From: Azolla caroliniana
Lineage: Eukaryota > Plantae > Polypodiophyta
Assembly: GCA_043228905.1 (NCBI GenBank)
Contig: JBHGNT010000564.1
Span: forward strand, 1-20,615
Direction of reading: 5' to 3'
DNA: 20,615 bases
Below, piece after piece: positions 1 through 12,700 of the stretch; the stretch's first letter is position 1, and each line of letters begins with the position of its first letter. Both the position numbers and the translations under genes were made by a program. The notes under the pieces are model-generated. The model had not been told where the DNA came from. It was given only the letters and a program-made list of their open reading frames with translations, and made no database searches.

Positions 1-3000
1 AGCTTCGATTCGCATGTTTGAACACAAAAATTCGATATCCAACGAGCCAGGTATGAACATTTTAATTTACTCAAGGGCTCCTCTCAACTCACTCCTCAAA
101 TTTGGTAATTTCGTCATGTCTCTCGACCTGAGTTTGAAAATCTTGATTTTTTAATTCCATATCATAGCTAGCGTTGTTAGCTTCGATTCGCATGTTTGAA
201 CACAAAAATCCGATATCACACGAGCCAGGTATGAACATTTTAATTTACTCAAGGGCTGCTCTCAACTCACTACTCATGTTTGCTAATTTCGTCATGTCTC
301 TCGACCTGAGTTTCAAAATCTTGATTTTTGAATTCCATATCATAGCTAGCGTTGGTAGCTTCAATTAGCATGTTTGAACACAAAAATCCGATATCACACG
401 AGCCAGGTATGAACATTTTAATTTACTCAAGGGTTCCTCTCAACTCACTCCTCAAATTTGGTAATTTCATCATGTCTCTCGACCTGAGTTTCAAAATCTT
501 GATTTATTAATTCCATATCATAGCTAGCGTTGTTAGCTTCGATTCGCATGTTTGAACACAAAAATCCGATATCACACGAGCCAGGTATGAACATTTTAAT
601 TTACTCAAGCGCTCCTCTCAACTCACTACTCATGTTTGCTAATTTCGTCATGTCTCTCGACCTGAGTTTCAAAATCTTGATTTTTTAATTCCATATCATA
701 GCTAGCGTTGTTAGCTTCGATTCGCATGTTTGAACACAAAAATCCGATATCACACGAGCCAGGTATGAACATTTTAATTTACTCAAGGGCTGCTCTCAAC
801 TCACTACTCATGTTTGCTAATTTCGTCATGTCTCTCGACCTGAGTTTCAAAATCTTGATTTTTGAATTCCATATCATAGCTAGCGTTGGTAGCTTCGATT
901 CGCATGTTTGAACACAAAAATCCGAAATCACACGAGCCAGGTATGAACATTTTAATTTACTCAAGGGTTCCTCTCAACCCACTCCTCAAATTTGGTAATT
1001 TCATCATGTCTCTCGACCTGAGTTTCAAAATCTTGATTTATTAATTCCATATCATAGCTAGCGTTGTTAGCTTCGATTCGCATGTTTGAACACAAAAATC
1101 GGATATCACACGAGCCAGGTATGAACATTTTAATTTACTCAAGGGCTCCTCTCAACTCACTACTCATGTTTGGTAATTTCATCATGTCTCTCGACCTGAG
1201 TTTCAAAATCTTGATTTTTGAATTGCATATAATAGCTAGCGTTGTTGCCTTCGATTCGCATGTTTGAACACAAAAATTCGATATCACACGAGCCAGGTAT
1301 GAACATTTTAATTTAATCAAGGGCTCCTCTCAACTCACTACTCATGTTTGCTAATTTCGTCATGTCTCTCGACCTGAGTTTCAAAATCTTGATTTTTGAA
1401 TTCCATATCATAGCTAGCGTTGTTAGCTTCGATTCGCATGTTTGAACACAAAAATCCGATATCACACGAGCCAGGTATGAACATTTACATTTACCCACTA
1501 GCTCTTCTCAATTCACTCCTCAAATTTGGTAATTTCGTCATGTCTCTCGACCTGAGTTTCAAAATCTTGATTTTTTAATTCCATATCATAGCTAGCGTTG
1601 TTAGCTTCGATTCGCATGTTTGAACACAAAAATCCGATATCACACGAGCCAGGTATGAACATTTTAATTTACTCAAGGGCTGCTCTCAACTCACTACTCA
1701 TGTTTGCTAATTTCGTCATGTCTCTCGACCTGAGTTTCAAAATCTTGATTTTTGAATTCCATATCATAGCTAGCGTTCGTAGCTTCAATTCGCATGTTTG
1801 AACACAAAAATCCGATATCACACGAGCCAGGTATGAACATTTTAATTTAGTCAAGGGTTCCTCTCAACTCACTCCTCAAATTTGGTAATTTAATCATGTC
1901 TCTCGACCTGAGTTTCAAAATCTTGATTTATTAATTCCATATCATAGCTAGCGTTGTTAGCATCGATTCGCATGTTTGAACACAAATATCCGATATCACA
2001 CGAGCCAGGTATGAACATTTTAATTTACTCAAGCGCTGCTCTCAACTCACTACTCATGTTTGCTAATTTCGTCATGTCTCTCGACCTGAGTTTCAAAATC
2101 TTGATTTTTGAATTCCATATCATAGCTAGCGTTGGTAGCTTCGATTCGCATGTTTGAACACAAAAATCCGATATCACACGAGCCAGGTATGAACATTTTA
2201 ATTTACATACGAGCTCTTCTCAACTCACTACTCAAATTTGGTAATTTCGTCATGTCTCTCGACCTGAGTTTCAAAATCTTGATTTTTTAATTCCATATCA
2301 TAGCTAGCGTTGTTAGCTTCGATTCGCATGTTTGAACACAAAAATCCGATATCACACGAGCTAGGTATGAACATTTTAATTTACTCAAGCGCTCCTCTCA
2401 ACTCCCTCCTCAAATTTGGTAATTTCGTCATGTCTCTCGACCTGAGTTTCAAAATCTTGATTTTTTAATTCCATATCATAGCTAGCGTTGTTAGCTTCGA
2501 TTCGCATGTTTGAACACAAAAATCCGATATCACACGAGCCAGGTATGAACATTTTAATTTACTCAAGGGTTCCTCTCAACTCACTCCTCAAATTTGGTAA
2601 TTTCGTCATGTCTCTCGACCTGAGTTTCAAAATCTTGATTTATTAATTCCATATCATAGCTAGCGTTGTTAGCTTCGATTCGCATGTTTGAACACAAAAA
2701 TCCGATATTACACGAGCCAGGTATGAACATTTTAATTTACTCAAGGGCTCCTCTCAACTCACTACTCATGTTTGGTAATTTCATCATGTCTGTCGACCTG
2801 AGTTTCAAAATCTTGATTTTTGAATTCCATATCATAGCTAGCGTTGTTAGCTTCGATTCGCATGTTTGAACACAAAAATCGGATATTACACGAGCCAGGT
2901 ATGAACATTTTAATTTACTCAAGGGCTCCTCTCAACTCACTACTCATGTTTGCTAATTTCGTCATGTCTCTCGACCTGAGTTTCAAAATCTTGATTTTTG

Positions 3001-6000
3001 AATTCCATATCATAGCTAGCGTTGTTAGCTTCGATTCGCATGTTTGAACACAAAAATCCGATATCACACGAGCCAGGTATGAACATTTACATTTACCCAC
3101 TAGCTCTTCTCAACTCACTCCTCAAATTTGGTAATTTCGTCATGTCTCTCGACCTGAGTTTCAAAATCTTGATTTACTAATTCCATATCATAGCTAGCGT
3201 TGTTAGCTTCGATTCGCATGTTTGAACACAAAAATTCGATATCACACGAGCCAGGTATGAACATTTTAATTTACTCAAGGGCTCCTCTCAACTCACTCCT
3301 CAAATTTGGTAATTTCGTCATGTCTCTCGACCTGAGTTTGAAAATCTTGATTTTTTAATTCCATATCATAGCTAGCGTTGTTAGCTTCGATTCGCATGTT
3401 TGAACACAAAAATCCGATATCACACGAGCCAGGTATGAACATTTTAATTTACTCAAGGGCTGCTCTCAACTCACTACTCATGTTTGCTAATTTCGTCATG
3501 TCTCTCGACCTGAGTTTCAAAATCTTGATTTTTGAATTCCATATCATAGCTAGCGTTGGTAGCTTCAATTAGCATGTTTGAACACAAAAATCCGATATCA
3601 CACGAGCCAGGTATGAACATTTTAATTTACTCAAGGGTTCCTCTCAACTCACTCCTCAAATTTGGTAATTTCATCATGTCTCTCGACCTGAGTTTCAAAA
3701 TCTTGATTTATTAATTCCATATCATAGCTAGCGTTGTTAGCTTCGATTCGCATGTTTGAACACAAAAATCCGATATCACACGAGCCAGGTATGAACATTT
3801 TAATTTACTCAAGCGCTCCTCTCAACTCACTACTCATGTTTGCTAATTTCGTCATGTCTCTCGACCTGAGTTTCAAAATCTTGATTTTTTAATTCCATAT
3901 CATAGCTAGCGTTGTTAGCTTCGATTCGCATGTTTGAACACAAAAATCCGATATCACACGAGCCAGGTATGAACATTTTAATTTACTCAAGGGCTGCTCT
4001 CAACTCACTACTCATGTTTGCTAATTTCGTCATGTCTCTCGACCTGAGTTTCAAAATCTTGATTTTTGAATTCCATATCATAGCTAGCGTTGTTAGCTTC
4101 GATTCGCATGTTTGAACACAAAAATCCGATATCACACGAGCCAGGTATGAACATTTACATTTACCCACTAGCTCTTCTCAACTCACTCCTCAAATTTGGT
4201 AATTTCGTCATGTCTCTCGACCTGAGTTTCAAAATCTTGATTTTCTAATTCCATATCATAGCTAGCGTTGTTAGCTTCGATTCGCATGTTTGAACACAAA
4301 AATTCGATATCCAACGAGCCAGGTATGAACATTTTAATTTACTCAAGGGCTCCTCTCAACTCACTCCTCAAATTTGGTAATTTCGTCATGTCTCTCGACC
4401 TGAGTTTGAAAATCTTGATTTTTTAATTCCATATCATAGCTAGCGTTGTTAGCTTCGATTCGCATGTTTGAACACAAAAATCCGATATCACACGAGCCAG
4501 GTATGAACATTTTAATTTACTCAAGGGCTGCTCTCAACTCACTACTCATGTTTGCTAATTTCGTCATGTCTCTCGACCTGAGTTTCAAAATCTTGATTTT
4601 TGAATTCCATATCATAGCTAGCGTTGGTAGCTTCAATTAGCATGTTTGAACACAAAAATCCGATATCACACGAGCCAGGTATGAACATTTTAATTTACTC
4701 AAGGGTTCCTCTCAACTCACTCCTCAAATTTGGTAATTTCATCATGTCTCTCGACCTGAGTTTCAAAATCTTGATTTATTAATTCCATATCATAGCTAGC
4801 GTTGTTAGCTTCGATTCGCATGTTTGAACACAAAAATCCGATATCACACGAGCCAGGTATGAACATTTTAATTTACTCAAGCGCTCCTCTCAACTCACTA
4901 CTCATGTTTGCTAATTTCGTCATGTCTCTCGACCTGAGTTTCAAAATCTTGATTTTTTAATTCCATATCATAGCTAGCGTTGTTAGCTTCGATTCGCATG
5001 TTTGAACACAAAAATCCGATATCACACGAGCCAGGTATGAACATTTTAATTTACTCAAGGGCTGCTCTCAACTCACTACTCATGTTTGCTAATTTCGTCA
5101 TGTCTCTCGACCTGAGTTTCAAAATCTTGATTTTTGAATTCCATATCATAGCTAGCGTTGGTAGCTTCGATTCGCATGTTTGAACACAAAAATCCGAAAT
5201 CACACGAGCCAGGTATGAACATTTTAATTTACTCAAGGGTTCCTCTCAACCCACTCCTCAAATTTGGTAATTTCATCATGTCTCTCGACCTGAGTTTCAA
5301 AATCTTGATTTATTAATTCCATATCATAGCTAGCGTTGTTAGCTTCGATTCGCATGTTTGAACACAAAAATCGGATATCACACGAGCCAGGTATGAACAT
5401 TTTAATTTACTCAAGGGCTCCTCTCAACTCACTACTCATGTTTGGTAATTTCATCATGTCTCTCGACCTGAGTTTCAAAATCTTGATTTTTGAATTGCAT
5501 ATAATAGCTAGCGTTGTTACCTTCGATTCGCATGTTTGAACACAAAAATTCGATATCACACGAGCCAGGTATGAACATTTTAATTTAATCAAGGGCTCCT
5601 CTCAACTCACTACTCATGTTTGCTAATTTCGTCATGTCTCTCGACCTGAGTTTCAAAATCTTGATTTTTGAATTCCATATCATAGCTAGCGTTGTTAGCT
5701 TCGATTCGCATGTTTGAACACAAAAATCCGATATCACACGAGCCAGGTATGAACATTTACATTTACCCACTAGCTCTTCTCAATTCACTCCTCAAATTTG
5801 GTAATTTCGTCATGTCTCTCGACCTGAGTTTCAAAATCTTGATTTTTTAATTCCATATCATAGCTAGCGTTGTTAGCTTCGATTCGCATGTTTGAACACA
5901 AAAATCCGATATCACACGAGCCAGGTATGAACATTTTAATTTACTCAAGGGCTGCTCTCAACTCACTACTCATGTTTGCTAATTTCGTCATGTCTCTCGA

Positions 6001-6870
6001 CCTGAGTTTCAAAATCTTGATTTTTGAATTCCATATCATAGCTAGCGTTCGTAGCTTCAATTCGCATGTTTGAACACAAAAATCCGATATCACACGAGCC
6101 AGGTATGAACATTTTAATTTAGTCAAGGGTTCCTCTCAACTCACTCCTCAAATTTGGTAATTTAATCATGTCTCTCGACCTGAGTTTCAAAATCTTGATT
6201 TATTAATTCCATATCATAGCTAGCGTTGTTAGCATCGATTCGCATGTTTGAACACAAATATCCGATATCACACGAGCCAGGTATGAACATTTTAATTTAC
6301 TCAAGCGCTGCTCTCAACTCACTACTCATGTTTGCTAATTTCGTCATGTCTCTCGACCTGAGTTTCAAAATCTTGATTTTTGAATTCCATATCATAGCTA
6401 GCGTTGGTAGCTTCGATTCGCATGTTTGAACACAAAAATCCGATATCACACGAGCCAGGTATGAACATTTTAATTTACATACGAGCTCTTCTCAACTCAC
6501 TACTCAAATTTGGTAATTTCGTCATGTCTCTCGACCTGAGTTTCAAAATCTTGATTTTTTAATTCCATATCATAGCTAGCGTTGTTAGCTTCGATTCGCA
6601 TGTTTGAACACAAAAATCCGATATCACACGAGCTAGGTATGAACATTTTAATTTACTCAAGCGCTCCTCTCAACTCCCTCCTCAAATTTGGTAATTTCGT
6701 CATGTCTCTCGACCTGAGTTTCAAAATCTTGATTTTTTAATTCCATATCATAGCTAGCGTTGTTAGCTTCGATTCGCATGTTTGAACACAAAAATCCGAT
6801 ATCACACGAGCCAGGTATGAACATTTTAATTTACTCAAGGGTTCCTCTCAACTCACTCCTCAAATTTGGT
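1..6870. repeat. Higher-order duplication, 24-monomer period (4272 bp): M1-M15 (1-~2600) repeated as M25-M39 (4273-~6870)
   Basis: Rare variants recur in the same order at +4272: atatccaacg (M1/M25), caattagc, ccgaaat, gaattgcatataat, gttcgt, agcatcg, ttacatacgag, gagcta. The ORF track also repeats at +4272 (174/4446, 1064/5336, 1954/6226). Confidence 0.92.
3027..5162. repeat. 6-monomer (1068 bp) tandem duplication: M18-M23 / M24-M29
   Basis: tttacatttacccactag, attcgat with gtttgaaaa, caattagc and aagcgctcc recur at +1068. ORF pairs 3378/4446 and 3912/4980 agree. Confidence 0.88.
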
Positions 6871-9800
6871 AATTTCATCATGTCTCTCGACCTGAGTTTC
6901 AAAATCTTGATTTATTAATTCCATATCATAGCTAGCGTTGTTAGCTTCGATTCGCATGTTTGAACACAAAAATCCGATATCACACGAGCCAGGTATGAAC
7001 ATTTTAATTTACTCAAGCGCTCCTCTCAACTCACTACTCATGTTTGCTAATTTCGTCATGTCTCTCGACCTGAGTTTCAAAATCTTGATTTTTTAATTCA
7101 ATATCATTGCTAGGGTTGTTAGCTTCGATTCGCATGTTTGGACACAAAAATCCGATATCACACGAGCCAGGTACGAACATTTTAATTTACTCAAGGGCTC
7201 CTCTCAACTCCCTCCTCAAGTTTGCTAATTTCCTCATGTGTATCGAACTCAGTTTCAAAATCTTGATTTTTTAATTTCATATCATAGCTAGCGTTGTTAG
7301 CTTCGATTTTCATGTTTGAACAGAGAAATCCGATATGACACGATCCAGGTATGAACATTTTAATTTATCTACTAGCTCTTCTCAACTCACTCCTCAAATT
7401 TTGTAATTTCGTCATGTCTCTTGACCTGAGTTTCAAAATCGTGACTTTTTAATTCCATATCATAGCTAGCGTTAACAAAAATCCGATATCACACGAGCCA
7501 GGTATGAACATTTTAATTTACTCAAGGGCTCCTCTCAGCTCACTCCTCAAATTTGGTAATTTCATCATGTCTCTCGACCTGAGTTTCAAAATCTTGATTT
7601 TTGAATTCCATATCATAGCTAGCGTTGTTAGCTTCGATTCGCATGTTTGAACACAAAAATCCGATATCACACGAGCCAGGTATGAACATTTTAATTTACT
7701 CAAGGGCTCCTCTCAACTCACTACTCATGTTTGGTAATTTCATCATGTCTCTCGACCTGAGTTTCAAAATCTTGATTTATTAATTCCATATCATAGCTAG
7801 CGTTGTTACCTTCGATTCGCATGTTTGAACACAAAAATCCGATATCACACGAGCCAGGTATGAACATTTTAATTTACTCAAGGGCTCCTCTCAACTCACT
7901 ACTCATGTTTGCTAATTTCGTCATGTCTCTCGACCTGAGTTTCAAAATCTTGATTTTTGAATTCCATATCATAGCTAGCGTTGTTAGCTTCGATTCGCAT
8001 GTTTGAACACAAAAATCCGATATCACACGAGCCAGGTATGAACATTTACATTTACCCACTAGCTCTTCTCAATTCACTCCTCAAATTTGGTAATTTCGTC
8101 ATGTCTCTCGACCTGAGTTTCAAAATCTTGATTTACTAATTCCATATCATAGCTAGCGTTGTTAGCTTCGATTCGCATGTTTGAACACAAAAATCCGATA
8201 TCACACGAGCCAGGTATGAACATTTTAATTTACTCAAGGGCTGCTCTCAACTCCCTCCTCAAGTTTGCTAATTTCGTCATGTCTCTCGACCTGAGTTTCA
8301 AAATCTTGATTTTTGAATTCCATATCATAGCTAGCGTTGGTAGCTTCGATTCGCATGTTTGAACACAAAAATCCGATATCACACGAGCCAGGTATGAACA
8401 TTTTAATTTAGTCAAGGGTTCCTCTCAACTCACTCCTCAAATTTGGTAATTTAATCATGTCTCTCGACCTGAGTTTCAAAATCTTGATTTATTAATTCCA
8501 TATCATAGCTAGCGTTGTTAGCATCGATTCGCATGTTTGAACACAAATATCCGATATCACACGAGCCAGGTATGAACATTTTAATTTACTCAAGCGCTGC
8601 TCTCAACTCACTACTCATGTTTGCTAATTTCGTCATGTCTCTCGACCTGAGTTTCAAAATCTTGATTTTTGAATTCCATATCATAGCTAGCGTTGGTAGC
8701 TTCGATTCGCATGTTTGAACACAAAAATCCGATATCACACGAGCCAGGTATGAACATTTTAATTTACATACGAGCTCTTCTCAACTCACTACTCAAATTT
8801 GGTAATTTCGTCATGTCTCTCGACCTGAGTTTCAAAATCTTGATTTTTTAATTCCATATCATAGCTAGCGTTGTTAGCTTCGATTCGCATGTTTGAACAC
8901 AAAAATCCGATATCACACGAGCTAGGTATGAACATTTTAATTTACTCAAGCGCTCCTCTCAACTCCCTCCTCAAATTTGGTAATTTCGTCATGTCTCTCG
9001 ACCTGAGTTTCAAAATCTTGATTTTTTAATTCCATATCATAGCTAGCGTTGTTAGCTTCGATTCGCATGTTTGAACACAAAAATCCGATATCACACGAGC
9101 CAGGTATGAACATTTTAATTTACTCAAGGGTTCCTCTCAACTCACTCCTCAAATTTGGTAATTTCATCATGTCTCTCGACCTGAGTTTCAAAATCTTGAT
9201 TTATTAATTCCATATCATAGCTAGCGTTGTTAGCTTCGATTCGCATGTTTGAACACAAAAATCCGATATCACACGAGCCAGGTATGAACATTTTAATTTA
9301 CTCAAGCGCTCCTCTCAACTCACTACTCATGTTTGCTAATTTCGTCATGTCTCTCGACCTGAGTTTCAAAATCTTGATTTTTTAATTCAATATCATTGCT
9401 AGGGTTGTTAGCTTCGATTCGCATGTTTGGACACAAAAATCCGATATCACACGAGCCAGGTACGAACATTTTAATTTACTCAAGGGCTCCTCTCAACTCC
9501 CTCCTCAAGTTTGCTAATTTCCTCATGTGTATCGAACTCAGTTTCAAAATCTTGATTTTTTAATTTCATATCATAGCTAGCGTTGTTAGCTTCGATTTTC
9601 ATGTTTGAACAGAGAAATCCGATATGACACGATCCAGGTATGAACATTTTAATTTATCTACTAGCTCTTCTCAACTCACTCCTCAAATTTTGTAATTTCG
9701 TCATGTCTCTTGACCTGAGTTTCAAAATCGTGACTTTTTAATTCCATATCATAGCTAGCGTTGTTAGCTTCGATTCGCATGTTTGAACACAAAAATCCGA

Positions 9801-12700
9801 TATCACACGAGCCAGGTATGAACATTTTAATTTACTCAAGGGCTCCTCTCAGCTCACTCCTCAAATTTGGTAATTTCATCATGTCTCTCGACCTGAGTTT
9901 CAAAATCTTGATTTTTGAATTCCATATCATAGCTAGCGTTGTTAGCTTCGATTCGCATGTTTGAACACAAAAATCCGATATCACACGAGCCAGGTATGAA
10001 CATTTTAATTTACTCAAGGGCTCCTCTCAACTCACTACTCATGTTTGGTAATTTCATCATGTCTCTCGACCTGAGTTTCAAAATCTTGATTTATTAATTC
10101 CATATCATAGCTAGCGTTGTTACCTTCGATTCGCATGTTTGAACACAAAAATCCGATATCACACGAGCCAGGTATGAACATTTTAATTTACTCAAGGGCT
10201 CCTCTCAACTCACTACTCATGTTTGCTAATTTCGTCATGTCTCTCGACCTGAGTTTCAAAATCTTGATTTTTGAATTCCATATCATAGCTAGCGTTGTTA
10301 GCTTCGATTCGCATGTTTGAACACAAAAATCCGATATCACACGAGCCAGGTATGAACATTTACATTTACCCACTAGCTCTTCTCAATTCACTCCTCAAAT
10401 TTGGTAATTTCGTCATGTCTCTCGACCTGAGTTTCAAAATCTTGATTTACTAATTCCATATCATAGCTAGCGTTGTTAGCTTCGATTCGCATGTTTGAAC
10501 ACAAAAATCCGATATCACACGAGCCAGGTATGAACATTTTAATTTACTCAAGGGCTGCTCTCAACTCCCTCCTCAAGTTTGCTAATTTCGTCATGTCTCT
10601 CGACCTGAGTTTCAAAATCTTGATTTTTGAATTCCATATCATAGCTAGCGTTGGTAGCTTCGATTCGCATGTTTGAACACAAAAATCCGATATCACACGA
10701 GCCAGGTATGAACATTTTAATTTAGTCAAGGGTTCCTCTCAACTCACTCCTCAAATTTGGTAATTTAATCATGTCTCTCGACCTGAGTTTCAAAATCTTG
10801 ATTTATTAATTCCATATCATAGCTAGCGTTGTTAGCATCGATTCGCATGTTTGAACACAAATATCCGATATCACACGAGCCAGGTATGAACATTTTAATT
10901 TACTCAAGCGCTGCTCTCAACTCACTACTCATGTTTGCTAATTTCGTCATGTCTCTCGACCTGAGTTTCAAAATCTTGATTTTTGAATTCCATATCATAG
11001 CTAGCGTTGGTAGCTTCGATTCGCATGTTTGAACACAAAAATCCGATATCACACGAGCCAGGTATGAACATTTTAATTTACATACGAGCTCTTCTCAACT
11101 CACTACTCAAATTTGGTAATTTCGTCATGTCTCTCGACCTGAGTTTCAAAATCTTGATTTTTTAATTCCATATCATAGCTAGCGTTGTTAGCTTCGATTC
11201 GCATGTTTGAACACAAAAATCCGATATCACACGAGCTAGGTATGAACATTTTAATTTACTCAAGCGCTCCTCTCAACTCCCTCCTCAAATTTGGTAATTT
11301 CGTCATGTCTCTCGACCTGAGTTTCAAAATCTTGATTTTTTAATTCCATATCATAGCTAGCGTTGTTAGCTTCGATTCGCATGTTTGAACACAAAAATCC
11401 GATATCACACGAGCCAGGTATGAACATTTTAATTTACTCAAGGGTTCCTCTCAACTCACTCCTCAAATTTGGTAATTTCATCATGTCTCTCGACCTGAGT
11501 TTCAAAATCTTGATTTATTAATTCCATATCATAGCTAGCGTTGTTAGCTTCGATTCGCATGTTTGAACACAAAAATCCGATATCACACGAGCCAGGTATG
11601 AACATTTTAATTTACTCAAGCGCTCCTCTCAACTCACTACTCATGTTTGCTAATTTCGTCATGTCTCTCGACCTGAGTTTCAAAATCTTGATTTTTTAAT
11701 TCAATATCATTGCTAGGGTTGTTAGCTTCGATTCGCATGTTTGGACACAAAAATCCGATATCACACGAGCCAGGTACGAACATTTTAATTTACTCAAGGG
11801 CTCCTCTCAACTCCCTCCTCAAGTTTGCTAATTTCCTCATGTGTATCGAACTCAGTTTCAAAATCTTGATTTTTTAATTTCATATCATAGCTAGCGTTGT
11901 TAGCTTCGATTTTCATGTTTGAACAGAGAAATCCGATATGACACGATCCAGGTATGAACATTTTAATTTATCTACTAGCTCTTCTCAACTCACTCCTCAA
12001 ATTTTGTAATTTCGTCATGTCTCTTGACCTGAGTTTCAAAATCGTGACTTTTTAATTCCATATCATAGCTAGCGTTGTTAGCTTCGATTCGCATGTTTGA
12101 ACACAAAAATCCGATATCACACGAGCCAGGTATGAACATTTTAATTTACTCAAGGGCTCCTCTCAGCTCACTCCTCAAATTTGGTAATTTCATCATGTCT
12201 CTCGACCTGAGTTTCAAAATCTTGATTTTTGAATTCCATATCATAGCTAGCGTTGTTAGCTTCGATTCGCATGTTTGAACACAAAAATCCGATATCACAC
12301 GAGCCAGGTATGAACATTTTAATTTACTCAAGGGCTCCTCTCAACTCACTACTCATGTTTGGTAATTTCATCATGTCTCTCGACCTGAGTTTCAAAATCT
12401 TGATTTATTAATTCCATATCATAGCTAGCGTTGTTACCTTCGATTCGCATGTTTGAACACAAAAATCCGATATCACACGAGCCAGGTATGAACATTTTAA
12501 TTTACTCAAGGGCTCCTCTCAACTCACTACTCATGTTTGCTAATTTCGTCATGTCTCTCGACCTGAGTTTCAAAATCTTGATTTTTGAATTCCATATCAT
12601 AGCTAGCGTTGTTAGCTTCGATTCGCATGTTTGAACACAAAAATCCGATATCACACGAGCCAGGTATGAACATTTACATTTACCCACTAGCTCTTCTCAA
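6053..12700. repeat. 13-monomer higher-order repeat (2314 bp), about 2.9 near-identical copies
   Basis: ORF starts 7803/10117/12431, 8515/10829 and 9761/12075 are 2314 apart, and 6226 to 8515 is 2314-25. The divergent marker tgtgtatcgaactcag occurs three times (~7237, ~9526, ~11840). Confidence 0.95.

Noticed and set aside
1-178. Arabidopsis CEN178 or primate alpha satellite
   Set aside because: Only the length matches CEN178, and I see no similarity to the consensus as I recall it. Alpha satellite is 171 bp. A BLAST search would settle this.
1-178. CENP-B box (NTTCGNNNNANNCGGGN)
   Set aside because: TTCG occurs (cttcgattcg, tttcgtc), but the downstream A..CGGG is missing and I see no match on the other strand.
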